Below are positions 36,001 to 50,400 of a DNA stretch of 64,000 nt, one piece after another. The translations under genes and the position numbers were made by a program. This DNA comes from Hydrurus foetidus (taxonomy: Eukaryota), in assembly GCA_900617105.1 (NCBI GenBank), contig UYFQ01000143.1:1-64000 (forward strand), given 5' to 3'. The notes beneath the pieces are model-generated. The model ran no database searches. It saw nothing but the letters and a program-made list of their open reading frames with translations, and had not been told where the DNA came from. How positions within the stretch are numbered: position 1 is the first letter of the stretch; each line of letters starts with the position of its first letter.

Positions 36001-38564
36001 GTTCTGTCGCCTCTGAACTCACCATATCGTGTTGTGAAATTTAGATCTTCTTCCATTTTCTCCGCGTAGTTGTTCTTCTTGGGAACTTGACCCATGGACA
36101 TCTCCCTTCTCTCTCTGGAGTGCACATCGCGAGATGAAGTTAAATTTTGCTGACGATCTCACAACAGATACTTCGGTAAGGCTTGTTATTGTGATGTGAC
36201 TTACTTTTCAAAGTCCTTGAGATTGGTGGATGCGTCTGGTTGGGGGTCTTCTATCCCAACCAGGAACAACACTGTATGAAAGAAAATAATTTGAGAAGTG
36301 AAATGCTTTATTCAGTGTCAAGCGGTGCAAGATAAGTTTATTGATCGGGCATCTACGCACCATCGTGATCGCGCAATCCTTCCCACTCCTCTCGGATAAC
36401 TCCTGTGAATCTAGAGATGTCTACTTCGATGGTGCAGTGCACGTGACCGGGTATTGTCTCTCCAAGCTGAGGTTTGGAGATCTGAAGCATGAAGAAAAGT
36501 AGTACAGGTGACTTATTCGATATCTCGTCAATGTGGGTGTGAATCATCGTGCTCTTTCCTCACCTCATCGATGCTCACTGATACGATAGGCAGTGCCATT
36601 CTAGCCCATCCTCCGAAGAGCGTATTTCCCTTTAGGCCGCATCTCGGACCCATTCTTTGAATAGAGTCGATCAAGTCTTCTCTTATTTCAAAAGCACTCT
36701 CAAGTCGAAACAGCTCGAAGTTACGCAGGAGATAGTCATGTACGGTCAGGAACTGGAGATTTAGTTTGGGGAGTGCGAGAGGGCGGTCGCTGGAGTATGT
36801 GTTGCCGATAGGAACCTGGTATTGATCCCACAGCAGCTCTTCAGATGGATACAATGACAGTCTGTTGAGTGCTTCAAGCTGACTCCTCCTTGCTGACAAT
36901 GAGTCAACCAGCACATCCATGAGGAAGCTTCTCTGAGGGGTGTCCTCGAGGAACTCCACTGGGGAAAGGATCACGGAAGATTTAACTACCACTTCTTCAC
37001 TGATGCTCGGTTCGGGTGCGCCACCAAACACCTCTACATCACGAGCAGATATTCGACAAAGTTTACTTGCGATGTCAGCGAGCTGCTGTGTTGTGAGCAA
37101 TTGGAAGTGCTTCTTGAGAGTGTCCGACTTCGCAAGCTCTCCGGTCGAGGAGAAGACGAGATCTTTGAGAACGGAGTTATAGTGTGAGAAGGCGAGCGTC
37201 TGCAATTTATGTGTGCGGTTGTTCTGCACGGTCATCATGTCCTGCGAGCTCATAGCTCTTCCCGTTTGATCGTGCACCTCGAAGTGCATACACGCGTCGA
37301 TCATACCCACTAGCTGAGAAAACAGTTTGCCGTCAGCGTGGTAGAAGATAGACGCACGCCTGCATCTCACAATTAGGTGCATGTCGTCTAGTAAAGTGTT
37401 TAAGAACCGTCTTGTTGGCAACTGAGAAAGAAGGTCCACGATGAACTCCGCGAATCTTTCGAGGTATCTCATGATGGGTGCGGCGGCCTTCGTGCGAAGG
37501 GCGTCAGTTGCGTCTAAAGATATGTCCTCGACGGTTTTCAAGAAGACTGTCACGAGACCAAATACCCAGGTGCTATCACTGGAGTCCACAACTTTCTTGA
37601 GGGCGACGGGTGTGGCAATGGTGGGTGCTTCGGCTTTTTTGGCGGCACCTTTCTTCTTCTTCGCCGGACCTTCTGTTGATGTGGGGGGCGCGTCGTCCTT
37701 ACTCTTTGAAGACGAAGATGGCGCGGTTGACAAATCGGACAGGGCAATTTTTACTTGATTCTGTAGGAACTCCCAGTGTCTTCTGATCTGTGGTAACTTC
37801 TCCAACTCCTCTTTTCTTCTAGACTCGGTCAGACTACCCCACAGAGGAAGGGAAAAGTATCGTAAAGTACTGCTGCGAACGACAGGGTCCTCTAAACTCC
37901 GGAACATATTCACGAGGAAGTGAATGTAGATGACATACTGCTTGACGAGTTGTTCATTTTCCGCTGCGCACAGAGGTATATTGAACATGTCCGCCATCGA
38001 TACAACCGCTTTGAAGAAAGTCTGAAATTTAGACGGGTCAACAGTCAAGACTTCAAAGACTGGAACACCCTCGCGGAATTTCTCGTTCACCATCATCAAA
38101 ATGGAGAAAGTGTGTTCGAAGCAGCAGTCTTCGTCAAAATGTTTCCAAAGATAGTTTTCTAGATATCCGCTGAGTTCGAGTATCTGTAACCTTGTGTGCT
38201 CTCCGCTCAGCAACTCATCTCTGAATAGCTTGCAGACCAGCTCCATGTCATATTTCCCTGCTTTAGGGCCCTGGAAATAAAATTGCGAGTTTTTAGAGGT
38301 TTGCTTCCTTATTTCGGTTGTTAGAATTAGAATTACCTCAGCTCCAGGAGCCCAGTATTCACTCGCGATCCGTGTGATATGGTGACCTACGATATCTGCG
38401 ACACTGGAGGCACTTTTTTTTGCACTGCTGGAGCTGGAAGATTTTGCACTTCTGCTATTTGCCACATTGGGTGTTTTTGGGTCGCTCACTGCTACCGAGA
38501 GGGTGGGCGCAAGTGGCAGAGGTTCAGCAGCCAAAATTGGCATTTCTGCTGCGATGGGAGGCAC
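33020..38564 (-). repeat. AQR: Near-identical tandem copy of the AQR 5' part (exons 1-10), period ~6018 bp; contains the probable start region (ATG at 38543)
   Basis: ORF 36528-38564 equals ORF 30510-32471; junction 32480-33020 is a mosaic. Confidence 0.85.
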
Positions 38565-39249
38565 ACTAGGCGCGCGAGTGGCCGAGGTTTTCGACGGGAG
38601 GAGTTGCAGAATAGGCTGGGATTGTGATTGTGGGAGTACATTTCCTATGAGGAGAAAGCGATTCTTTTCGAAAAATGAAGGGGGAAATAAATCTTGTGGC
38701 TCTGTGGACGCTTTTACCGTAAGCTACCCAAAGGGATAACGTGTGATTCTACTACTATTCCCTATGGGGAAATTCCCCCGTTTATTTCCTGCGTAGGCCC
38801 ATATGCAAAATTGAAAAAAATTATATAGGCAATATGCACCGTTTTCAATGCTGGTGCGTATACCGTCGCCGACCCTATGTTTGCGGATTTCCTGTGACTT
38901 AGGACCCTTTTACGTCCAATTTTTAGTTACCATGAAAACATCAAACAGTAGCCATTCATCGATCACGATATCAGTCAACTCTCCATCTTCTTGCAAAGCG
39001 ACCAGTGTTTCTGACGAGTCCATTCAAGTTCTCTGCCGTCCTCTGTCAAAAAATTCGAAAGGTGAAATTTGATCGAAAAAATCGTGATGCCGCGACATCA
39101 ACCACTTTTTGACACAAGCATGTTTGGGACTCAATAATGAGAAATCGTTTGGCTCGAGCAACCTCTAGCGACGATTTATGCGTTTGTTAGTACATCTAGT
39201 TAGATAATCGATGTTGTCCGGCAGGCCTGCATATCTGCATCGCTCCTGA

Positions 39250-41912
39250 ATGCGAATTTCTAACTATTATATCCGATTACTGCAGATGGTATCTCTATCG
39301 GTAGAATTGTGCGCTTTCTCAGTCGCCATAGCGCTCGTTTGTCGTCCTAGTAAGCCTGCAAATCACCAGTGGTCGATCGGTTCTCTTAGCGCTGAGCTGC
39401 GGATGATGGATCACTACGAAGACCACAACTTCAGATTCGATGCGTTGGCCTTGCATCAAGGTTTGAGCATCTTCAAGAAGACCATCGAGCAATTTGGTTG
39501 CAGCGTCATTAGTATTAGCTCCAAGGGAGAAATGAGAACGGAAGCTTTCATGGACTTGGCGGCAAGGAGCAGGGGAACAGATATAAAGTTCGGGACAAAT
39601 CATCTGAATGATGATAAGTCACGTGACTACTTAGTTACAGAAATTACAAGTACTGCTAACACATTGCTAAGTAAAACATGCAAAGTAGATTCAAAGTATG
39701 TGTCAATCAGTGAGATTTACGGTTTATTATGGTTAAATCAGCTGGACGTCAATAATGCAAAGTCTGAATCGTTCAAACGGAGAAAGAAAGGTGACGAAAT
39801 CGGTGAGAGGCAGATGGGAAGATACGCAAAAGAAGTATATGAGTTCGTGTCAAATAGCATTTGCGCTGCTAATGAGTCACCAACAATATACATCAATGCT
39901 GCAGTAAAAGAATCTGCATCTCGAAGCGCTGGTGCTTTAGAAGCTGTACGGCGAAAGATATTCGACGACGATGACGTTGATGATACTGTGACAATATCAC
40001 AGATAGTAAACCATCCCGCTGTCCACCAAATGCTGGGAAAGTTTCCTAATAGAAATATAAGATTCAAATTGCATGAGATACAGTTGGTTATCTCACTATT
40101 TGATACTATAATTACAGCTCGCAGTGAGTTAGAGGGTGAAAAATACAGAGCTAATAATATTGTGACAGCTACTCACACCAAGGAAATTTTAATTAAACAT
40201 GCAAGATATTCTGAACTTGTTGTGGAAACAATAGTGAGGTGGGTAGTCAAAAGGGATGTGGTGAAAAAAACATGTGGGAGAAAGATCTCTGTGGAATTCG
40301 AGGCTGATGTCTGGGGTAATTTAATGATATGTGAATTTGAGCAAAAAATGTAAGTATCATCAAAATTCACCGTGATACATCATTTTATTACATCAAATAA
40401 TCTGTTATCATTTTTGTGAGTGATCTGCATCTTACTATGCAGTAATGTATATGCACGTTTTGCTAACTCAAATACTAAGATATCGAACGTACGTACGTGT
40501 GTCTATCTTGATAGGTTGAGGGTGTCCTCACCAACGTTCCACGTATCCTGGTCAGTGTCGTTTACACTTATGCAATAATCGAACAAGCTGCAAAGACTGT
40601 TCAAGCGAGTGATAGGTGGATTAATGATGATAAAATACAAGCTCTTGAGTTCAGTTCAAAATGGGTTCGAAAATTTTTGACGCGGGCAAACATGCGTAGA
40701 AGAAAGATAACGACTGATGATAAAAATGTACCATCAGATGAAGAAATAAAGAGGATAATGGAAATCGGTCAAACAATGTACAAAGACTTTGGACACACCA
40801 GAGATACAACAATAAATATGGATGAAACAGCTTTTACCTACGCGATAGGCCCGGAATACATGTACTGTCCACCCGACCAACAACGCGCTCAGAATATTGG
40901 TATACCTAATACGATGCTTCGCATAACAGCGGTTGTTGCGGTAAGTGGTAATGGTGAGTTTGTGCCTTTATTCATTATCATTAAACACTCAGTTAGCTCA
41001 GAAGAAAGACCAGACCAATCAGGGATGAGGGTTATACAGGACCTCCATAAAAAGAATAAAGGATTTGGTGTAGATGATGAATGGGATCTAATTAAGTGGA
41101 CAAAAGAGTTGACAATAAAAGGTGTGACAAATACTCATGCATGTTACTATATTATTAACAAAGTTACAGGTCATGTTATAACTAGTCAGTTCAAGGCATG
41201 GAACGATACAGTTAGAATGATCATGTGGTTAGAAACTGTCGTAAAACCACTGAAATCAAGGCTAGGAAAGTTAATGATATGGTTTGACAATTGTGGATGC
41301 CACAAAACAAATATGGTTGATGAGGTAATCAGTGAGTTAGGTGTACAAATAGCTTGTTTGCCCCCCAATATGACAGGTGTTCTACAAGTATTAGATTTGG
41401 TTGTTAATGGGCCTCTGAAAGCACACACAAGAAATTTGAGAGGAGCTAGAATAGTGGAAAGTTTCCAGGCTTTTAAAAAAAAGTACGAAGAAGAATCAGC
41501 AAAAGATGTACATGAACGTACGTTACCTGTCTTTCAACCCCCTAAACCCGAGATGCTCCAAGGCATCCAAGATCTATTCGATCTTTTAGCTGGTGGATTC
41601 AAAGAGATAAAATTTGCTGAAGGAGTAAAAAGGTCATTCATTAGTACAGGTTGTGTTCCATTAGATGATAGCGATGTGTCACAACCAATATTTCAACCGT
41701 ACTCAAAACATAATTTATGTGGCACAATGAAGGTTATACCTACTGGGACTTCTGCAACCTCCAGTCATAACAGCGTTGACTTTAGTGACATTGCGTTGGA
41801 TGAGACAAATGGAGAAATACCTGCGATCAATTTTATGTTAGAATATGATAGTGCCATGTTAGAATACGATCATGAGATAACAGAGGCAATGAATTTTATA
41901 GAGTGTTTGTAA
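39250..41912 (+). CDS. pogo transposase, two exons (~39250-40349, 40515-41912)
   Basis: FSSKWVRKFL..R (CENP-B-type HTH), NMDET, WFDNCGCH-35 aa-QVLD (DD35D). The splice junction is 1 nt out of phase at an A6 run (error or mutation). Confidence 0.88.
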
Positions 41913-41927
41913 TTTAATATCGCCAAA

Positions 41928-42297
41928 TTGCACTCCACTTTTCGTATTTTTTTCTCACTAATATGTTACACATACGTATAGGACATTGATTTCAAGAAAA
42001 AATAATAATATTGCACGTACGGTTTACATGTACTCACTGCCACTAAAACGGTCATCATCTCAGCAGTAGTTATAGCGATAGCCTAACACATAACTTGCGC
42101 TCTACTTTTCGTATTTTTTTCTCACTAATATGTTACACATACGTATAGGACATTGATTTCAAGAAAAAAAAATAATATTGCACGTACGGTTTACATGTAC
42201 TCACTGCCACTAAAACGGTCATCATCTCAGCAGTAGTTATAGCGATAGCCTAACGCACAACTTGCACTCTACTTTTCGCATTTTTTCTTCACTAATA
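41928..42297. repeat. 167-bp tandem repeat (~2.2 units) between the two convergent genes of the pogo element
   Basis: TTTTCG(T/C)ATTTTTT recurs at 41939, 42106 and 42273. Confidence 0.9.
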
Positions 42298-42417
42298 TAT
42301 CTTATACAAACATGTATTATAAAAAACAATTATTAATTACATGCAAGTAATTCGGTTCAAACTGAATAAACCAGTGCTTATCAGTCAAGTCACAGAAATG
42401 CAGGGTACAAGAATTAG

Positions 42418-43223
42418 TCAGTACTGTGACTGAGAGTCACTGAAAAAGGATGAGAGTTTTAGATTGAATTCAGTTGTATTGCTACTGACTACAAAAATTC
42501 TCAATGCGTAACCATTTCTGGCGTGCGATGTGTCTCCATCATACAAACAGCAGTCAAAAGATACAGAAGACAACGTATCAGTTTCGATTAGCATATCTAA
42601 TATGGGAGCAAGCAATGCCGCCCATTCCCTCCGCAGATTTCCTATGTGCTCACCAGGGTCATAAAACCCTTTGTTACCGCCCTCCATATCATCAGGGGCG
42701 AGCACTTGGATACAGTTCGCATCTAATAATCAGCAAAAAAAAACATGGTATCAGTAAGAGCACAATAATTAACGGGTCGTAAGTCTACAGCACAAATGAC
42801 TGTGGTAGCAGATAAGTTGTTGTTGAGAAGTGAGGGATGTCTCGGTAGAGTGCTAGGTGTTCAGCAGTTCTGACTATACAGGGAATACTGAGGAACTCTT
42901 CGTCGAATACTGACGTAGCATTTAAGCTGCTAGAAACTATAAGTAAGAGAAATAGAGAAAATTTGGGCAGCGATTCACCTCGCACCTTATCTAGTGTAAA
43001 TTGTCAGCATCAATCAGCATTCAGAAAATAAGCATGTACTTGGCAGAAAATATTCTTGGTGAGGACATCAAGTAAAGTTCACTTCCACTTTGATAGGACG
43101 CTCACCGTGCAGATTGTTGAAGTTACGCTTCAACCTGCAAGTAGACCCTTTCTTGACCTTGATTCTCTTATCCAAGGCGAAAAGCCCACTCGCTGTGCAA
43201 TCGATAGTCGCAATCAGCGGCAT
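42418..43223 (-). CDS. Stand-alone HIRAN-domain-like protein, 140 aa; exons 43223-43106 and 42722-42418
   Basis: G|GTGAGC...TTTTTGCTGATTATTAG|AT splice gives MPLIATIDCTASGLFALDKRIKVKKGSTCRLKRNFNNLHDANCIQVLAP..GEHIGNLRREWAALLAPILD. Confidence 0.75.
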
Positions 43224-44447
43224 GACTAAAAAACAAGGTAATTGGAGGACATGTCAATTTTGAAATCAAGTAGACCTCGTGGCCTGCCGGACAAAACGGA
43301 TTCTGTTTTTATACATTAATCTTGAGGTCGATTAGCTGACAGTTCTGCAGATTGGGCTATCCCTTAAAAAATATTCAGCTGCTTACGGACCGTGTCGAAA
43401 TTGATGATGGCTCCGTGCAAAATCTCCTGCGATGCGATCAGGTCTTCAGCGAATAGAACCTGTTGCACGAGGAAAGAACAAAACTTAAGTGACGGAATGC
43501 ACCACTCAGAATTGCAGGAGAAGCAATTTTGAATTTGTAGTTGTGCTTGGAGTGCAGAAGGTCCAATAAGTATGATCTCCTATTCCTCGGACAAAAAGAG
43601 GTCCTATGTCACGGGTATACTCTCAACTCCCCCGCAAACATAGGGTCGGCGACGGTATATGCAACATATGCATGCAACGCACTTACGGTACGTTCACTCG
43701 TAAGTACTTCGCGGCGTGCTGGCGGTATGTGGCCAGCCACATACGGCCAATTCTACTGTCTTAAAGCGAGCGGACTACTCACTAGTTGTAAATTGTAAAT
43801 TGTGAAGGTTATAAACTCGTAAAAATATGCTGCCTCTGAGGAAAGTATCCTCATCGTTGTTGATCACAGTAAAACTGTGGCATTGTTGCTAAACGTTGAA
43901 GACGATGTTGTCAAATGTCAACAGTTCATAATTAATCAAACTCTGCACAGCAATGACTTGCAGTTGTGCAATTAAGCCTAATATAGAGGGGAAATGGTGG
44001 AGAATAGCAGGAATATGCATTTTGCATATGTAGAACGTCTTGCATATATATTCGTATATATATGCATTTATACGGTTTGCATATATATGCACATATGCCT
44101 ATGGGCCTACGCAGTTTATTTCTCCCTAGCACCGGTTGCACGATCGTCCGACCGGGTTCACACTCAAAGTGGAATATTTGATCCCGCCAAATGGAACTCA
44201 ACATTGATAGCTCGAATCAATCGACATTCAGCACAATTACACAATATGGAATCCGCCAGCTGGACACAAGGTGTTGTCTGCTCGACCAATTCGGCCATGG
44301 TGAGTTTACTGGTGACGTTTTCGCATCATCAAATCTCTTCTGCGACTCGCTAGTTGAGTCTGAAATCTTACATCCCTAAAATTATTTCATCATCGGTGGC
44401 CATTTCTCCACAACCAGAGAAGTTGGCGGTGATTAAAGCACTGATTC

Positions 44448-47400
44448 TTGCTCCATGAACTGCCTAGAAACTTTTATAATATGACTACTTGTATACTTGC
44501 GAACACCCAAAACCAAAAATTTGATCCCGCCGACCTACATATTTTTCATCCTCAGATTTCTACTGTCAACTCGAGAGAGGACAGTACCTTTAGAGTCACT
44601 TTAAGTGAGTTCGATTCAGTGATGAAGAGGATTATTATCTGCTTATCTACTGAGAACTGTACAGAAAAATTTAAGAATTCAGTGGCTATTTCGACAAGAC
44701 AAATAAGTCTATTCCTTTGTAGAGAGTGCGAGGAATTTGGTAGGACAAAAGAAATATATGATGCACTAATGAGTTATAAAAAAGCTAAGAAAGCAAAATA
44801 TGAGAATTTGTTGATAAGCGGGAATTTCTATTTCGAAGGGAGAAACAACTATAATACAAAAATGATTGTGCTAACAGTAGGCAATGGCAGTACAATCCTC
44901 AGTTCACAAATTCCGCAAGAATGGTTAAGAGATGATTCCATAGTCGTAGACAGGGAAGTAGAAGATCATTCTGCAATCGTAGAGGTAGATTTAGCAATTG
45001 GGGCGAAGAGGAAAATAGCGCCAAGCAGGGGTCCTGGAAATAAGGATTTCAAAAGTATTAAACCAGCAAATGCTTTATCTAAAATGCTATCTGATACTAT
45101 AATAGAAATCATGAATAATAAACTTAATGATTATAGTGTAATTAAAAAGAAAAAAGTGAGAGAAGGCATTATTCTGAATATAAAAAAGCAATACAATTTG
45201 CATGACAGGAATTCGGCAAACTACAATAAGATTAATAATCAAATAGTGAAGTCGCTAATAGAATATCTCAGCGGACTAAAAAATCGTGGTGGCAAATATG
45301 AACTTGTAGAATCCACGATTGAAATTTTACTGGCAGCTGTATCGGTCGAAAGTTCGAATAGTACCGAAGTCGGGAAAACTCTTGGAATATCAAGGAAAAG
45401 AATATCGGCCGCGAAAGAAAAAAGGATGTTATTTAATTCAGCTATTGATAAAAAAAAATTGGAAGAATATCAAATAGAAAAAGATGATATCATTGAAAGT
45501 GACTCCGAATCTGGGGAGTCAAGTGGTAGTTCAGAAATTGATGAATATGAATTCCATTACAATAGTGAAGACGATATGATAAGCGATACTTCATCTGATG
45601 AGAGCGATGTGGACAAAGACGATATGGAAATTGGCAATTCTGATAATGGAAATAAAGAACTAAAGAAGAAAGAGAAAAAGAATATTTTTTTCCTCGCTAT
45701 ATCACCTAAAATACGGAAGACAAGGAAAGATAAGCTAAATCTCGATGTTGTTCGCGACTTTTGTCACGATATATGTCGACTTGATACATTCGCCACGGCC
45801 AAAATATTTGTGCACAACTACGATGGGTCGCGATCCTACCATCAAGTGCATGTTAAGAGTCAGTCTTTGAAAGATTATTATAAGGCATTTCAAAATACAA
45901 GTGAATATTACAATTGGCAAAACGAAAATATGAGAACAACAATTTCTAAAAAAAATACGATTAAAACTATGAGGAAGCCTACGATAAAATTTCGCACCTT
46001 TACAAATGCATTCTGTCCGTGCTGTCTTAACCAGAAACAACGCGACTGTGCGAACCACATTCAGGTTAATTTACTAAATGCATTAAAGGCATTGGGAAAC
46101 TTAATGTCTATCCTCCAGGCCGTCCACCCGGTAGGACGTTTGTCCGACCGGTAGGACAATTTTGACCCATATGAAATATCTCTCAATTTGATGAGTTCGA
46201 TGCAATATCTCAGTGAATTCAGCAGCTTATGATGTGCTGATCAAAGGCATAACTTCAGGTCTCCAAACGGACACGAATTGCCTGAGATATCGTAGAAGCT
46301 AGCTGGTCAAGTAGGCACTTTGCAGCACTTTGGCGATAAGAGATGAAAGGCCTCAAACTCGATTCTAGAGTCGAAGGCATCGCTAAGAGGTATCAAGGAT
46401 GGGATGGTATCATCATTGATATCATCCAAGAGGGGAAGAAAAAGTTGTATAAAGTTCGGTGGACAAATGGCAGAGAAATTCTACACGCAGCGCAAGCGCT
46501 AAAATTATGGGGTGCCCCAGTTGTCGTCAGAGGTCCAAACTTGGAGCAGGCAGCATTTCGAGCAGTTCCGATTGCGGCCCCTCGTGCTGTCGACAATTGG
46601 GAATATAACCCCGAGGTTGATGGGGATGACGATGCTGGCAGCGTGAATACTGGCAGTCAAGACAGCAGGTGCTCAAATTTTTGGCGATAATTGTGAAATC
46701 AATTTTTTTGCAAATTTGATCCACCTGATGATCGTCCTGCAACAAACAGCATATCCTTGGAGAGCGACAGGACAGTGGAACAGAATGCAATCCCTGATGG
46801 GCCCGGCGGTGCAAATTTTGGTGGGGAAAACGATTTTTTTAGGGAAGAAAACATGCCTGACGCACCATACCAAGCTGAAGCTCCCGTTGTACCACCGATA
46901 AATCCTCTTCTGAGACCTCATGGACAAGTGTGGAAGGATGAAGGGGAAGTGACCATTGACGTTGGAATGTCAAATCGGCGCACGAGGTTACTTTGGCCGG
47001 GGCAATTGAACCAGCTATATGATGGAGTCGCGAAGAAGGAGTTGGAGTACTTCAAACTAATGTTTCCCATGTCAGTGATGCAAACATTGCTGACTCACAC
47101 CAACGAGCAGCTTGGACGTTTCAATAAGTCGACCACAACATCGCAAGAAATGTTGCAATATTTTGGGATACGGCTGAACATGACGCTTGACAAGATAGGG
47201 TGTCCGATAGTAGATTTCTGGATGACGGATCAAGAGGAGGGATCAACATTTGTTCCACCTAATTACTGTCGCTTCGGTATGTCGCGTCATCGGTTTCAAG
47301 CACTGTCTCGTTGTATGCGTTTTGCAGATTACGATGAAGGCGTCATCAGTGAGGTAGTAAAGCTTATTCAAACTTCCCCTACTTTACTCCACCACATAAC

Positions 47401-50400
47401 ACAACTCTTTTTCTATCAGGACCCTTGGACCCCTATCCGTCCATTCATCGACGCATTCAACAGAACCAGAGAGAAGAATATCTATGCTTCGGGAAACATG
47501 GTAATTGACGAATGCATGAGCGCGTGGAGAGGCTTCGAATCGTTCGAGTGTATCTTTGTCTTACCACACAAGACCAAGATTATCAGGAAACCTGAGGGTG
47601 TTGGAGCGGAGATCAAGAGCTTGTGCGACGGCGAGTCAGGAATCCTTCTTCATTTGGAAGTAATGGAAGGAAAGGATGCCCAAGCAGCTAAAGAATTCAG
47701 TGACGCGTATCCATCATCTATCGCTCTTACCCTACGGATCACGAAGAAGTACTTCGGTACTGGCATCACTGTCCACGCTGATAGTGCCTTCGGCAGCGTA
47801 TCATGTGCTGCCGCACTAGCTTCTCGCGGACTGTATTTTATGGGGTGTGTCAAGACAGCTACAAAGAAGTTTCCAAAGGGGTTCCTAAACTTGTGGGCGC
47901 AACCAGACAACGTAGCAAGGGGAAGCCACAAGACACTGAAGTCTACTATTCTATTGGAGGACAATGTCACAGTGATGCCTATATTTGCTGTTGCTTGGAA
48001 GGATTTGACCGTGAAATAAATCGTTTGTACGAGAGGTCTCACTGCCGTACAAGGGAATCCGTCCACGCGCCATAGACGAAGAATTGTCGAGATGGAGTAT
48101 GGTCATGAGAATGACAGGTACATGCTTGAGATTCCGCGTCCTCAGGCGATCGAGATGTTCTACTCGTGCTTCTCGAATATTGATGTTCATGACTATTACA
48201 GGCAAGGCTCGCTTGCATTCGAGAGAAGCTGGAGCACCAAAACCTGGTGGCACAGACTCTTCATGACAATGTTCGGAATGATATGTACAGACGCATACTT
48301 TGGTTACCGGCTGGAATACAACAACCGCAACAATGACGACGAGGGTTCCATGCTTACATACAAGAAGTTTCTATATCGTCTCGCATATCAGCTGATACAT
48401 TCTCATGATGAAGTGAGAAATCTGAGAAGAAGGCGGGGGGGGTGATGACTCATCAAGTGATGATGATGATCGTCCCCATCAAGCTCACAACCTGAGACCA
48501 CTGAGTCAAAGTGCACATTACGAGAATCTCAAGAATCCTGGAAACAAAAATAAGCGGGCTGTGAGGAGATGTCATATCAAAGATTGCGGACTCAAAACTG
48601 CCTACTATTGTGAACAATGCAGTAGCCTAGTACACCCAATAAAGTATGTTTGTGTGTGCAACCCTTTTCATAAACGAGGATCAACTTGCTACTCAACACA
48701 TTGTGAGAAAGATGACGTGTAATTAACTCTAAACAATAAGATTCAATAGTTTCTGATGAAAAAACGCCTTAGAATTCTACCAAAAAATAAGATTCTACCC
48801 AAATTATATTGTCCTACCGGTCGGACAGTGCCCATGTCCACCGGTCGGACAAACAGCTGGAGTGTAGACATTAAGACGTTTTCATGGCATATCAGTTCCC
48901 ATCAAGACATGTGGATGCAATGGTCATAGGAATATGAATTACTTACGATGCGCAACATCTTTGGGCAATTTCTTGGAAGCAATACATTGCCCGAAAACTC
49001 CATATTCATATTTATCTGCGGATAGTGACACATCAGAAAGTATTGAAAATCAGCAAAATATGAACATAAAGGCTTCTGCTGAAAAAGATGAAAAATTCAA
49101 TGAATGCACGGTAAAAAAAGAGAATTGGAATGCAAAGCGAGAGAGCGCTGCAAGACAATCCAAAAGTATTCCACTACTTAATTGGGGACCATTATTCTGT
49201 TGTTACTCGAAGAAATGTGCTTACCAGAATTGTAATGAATGTGGTATCAAGAAATTCTTCCACGAATCCAACCTCTGTAACATTGAAAGAAATGCCGACA
49301 TTGAAGTAATAGTTAGGAAGTATGAAAATGTCCAAGGAAGATCGCGAGGTATGCAAATGGAAGTAGTTGAAGTGAAGATGAATGGGGATCAATTAATGGA
49401 CCACTTAATTCATTGCGCACTACTAGCTGTGCCACATGAATGGAATGTTACTTGGAATGCACATGCTAGAACGATCTGTGTCAATACATCAACGCCAAAA
49501 GTGTTGAATCTGATGACAGACTTTTCAGCAGTGCTAGATCATGACGTACAAGACAAGTTGAATACTGCTATACCTTGTCGTTCAAATCAGTGTATATTTT
49601 TGGCGACCCATAGTCCAAGGGATGTCACACTTGAAAATTCTGTTAGTAAGAGGGTACAAGAGAATGACATATGGCATTTCTGGTCAGCGCAAGGTGGTGT
49701 ACTCGAGGCAAACAGTTACTATCACAGCGTCTGTACACGGCATATAATGGAAAAGTACTCTAACTTGCCACTCAATAGGGTAAACATTTTTACCGATGGA
49801 TGTGCGGAGCAATATAAAAGTCGTCGTAATGCGTATTTTGTGGCAGCACTAGCAGGAGATACAGGCATGACAGTTACACATAACTTTGCTCCTACTGCAT
49901 CGTTCAAAACAATGGTAGATGGACAGGGAAACGTCACTAAAGCTTTTTACAGAAAATTAGAAAGGAGTGAGGAAGAAGGGACAAGATGCCCAACAACATA
50001 TCAGCTGTTCTTGTTATTTGCGACGAGGTACCCTCTCACTCCTGCAGATGTTGAAGATTCGAAAAAAAATCCAATGACAAAAACTGGCCGCTTCCATCGC
50101 TACCTTATCGACGTTAGTGATGCTACACCTGAAATGATACGTAGAGCAGCAGTAGAAAAAGATGTCATTATCACGGATTATATTGGAGAAAGATGGGATG
50201 CACCAGCATTAAAAGGAATCAAGTCGCTATTCAGCTTAGTTGCACAAGTAGAAGACGGAAAAGTCAATTTTCAGAGCAGGGAACATACGTGCTTTTGTAA
50301 GCACTGCATCGAAGGGAACTTTGCAGGCTGCCTCCACGCTGACATATCTGGAGCATTAAAGACAGAATTGTTTATAAAGTTGCCATTCAAGGAAGTTTCT

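Larger units (their letters stand above)
38863..43655 (+). mobile_element. pogo-family (IS630/Tc1/mariner superfamily) DNA transposon
   Basis: Perfect 24-bp TIRs CCGTCGCCGACCCTATGTTTGCGG (38863-38886 / 43632-43655), TA on both sides, subterminal GTGAC.TAGGACC similarity. Confidence 0.93.

Noticed and set aside
33020..38564. A genuine second AQR paralog
   Set aside because: Essentially identical to 27.0-32.5 kb and joined by an interleaved mosaic junction; more likely a false duplication.
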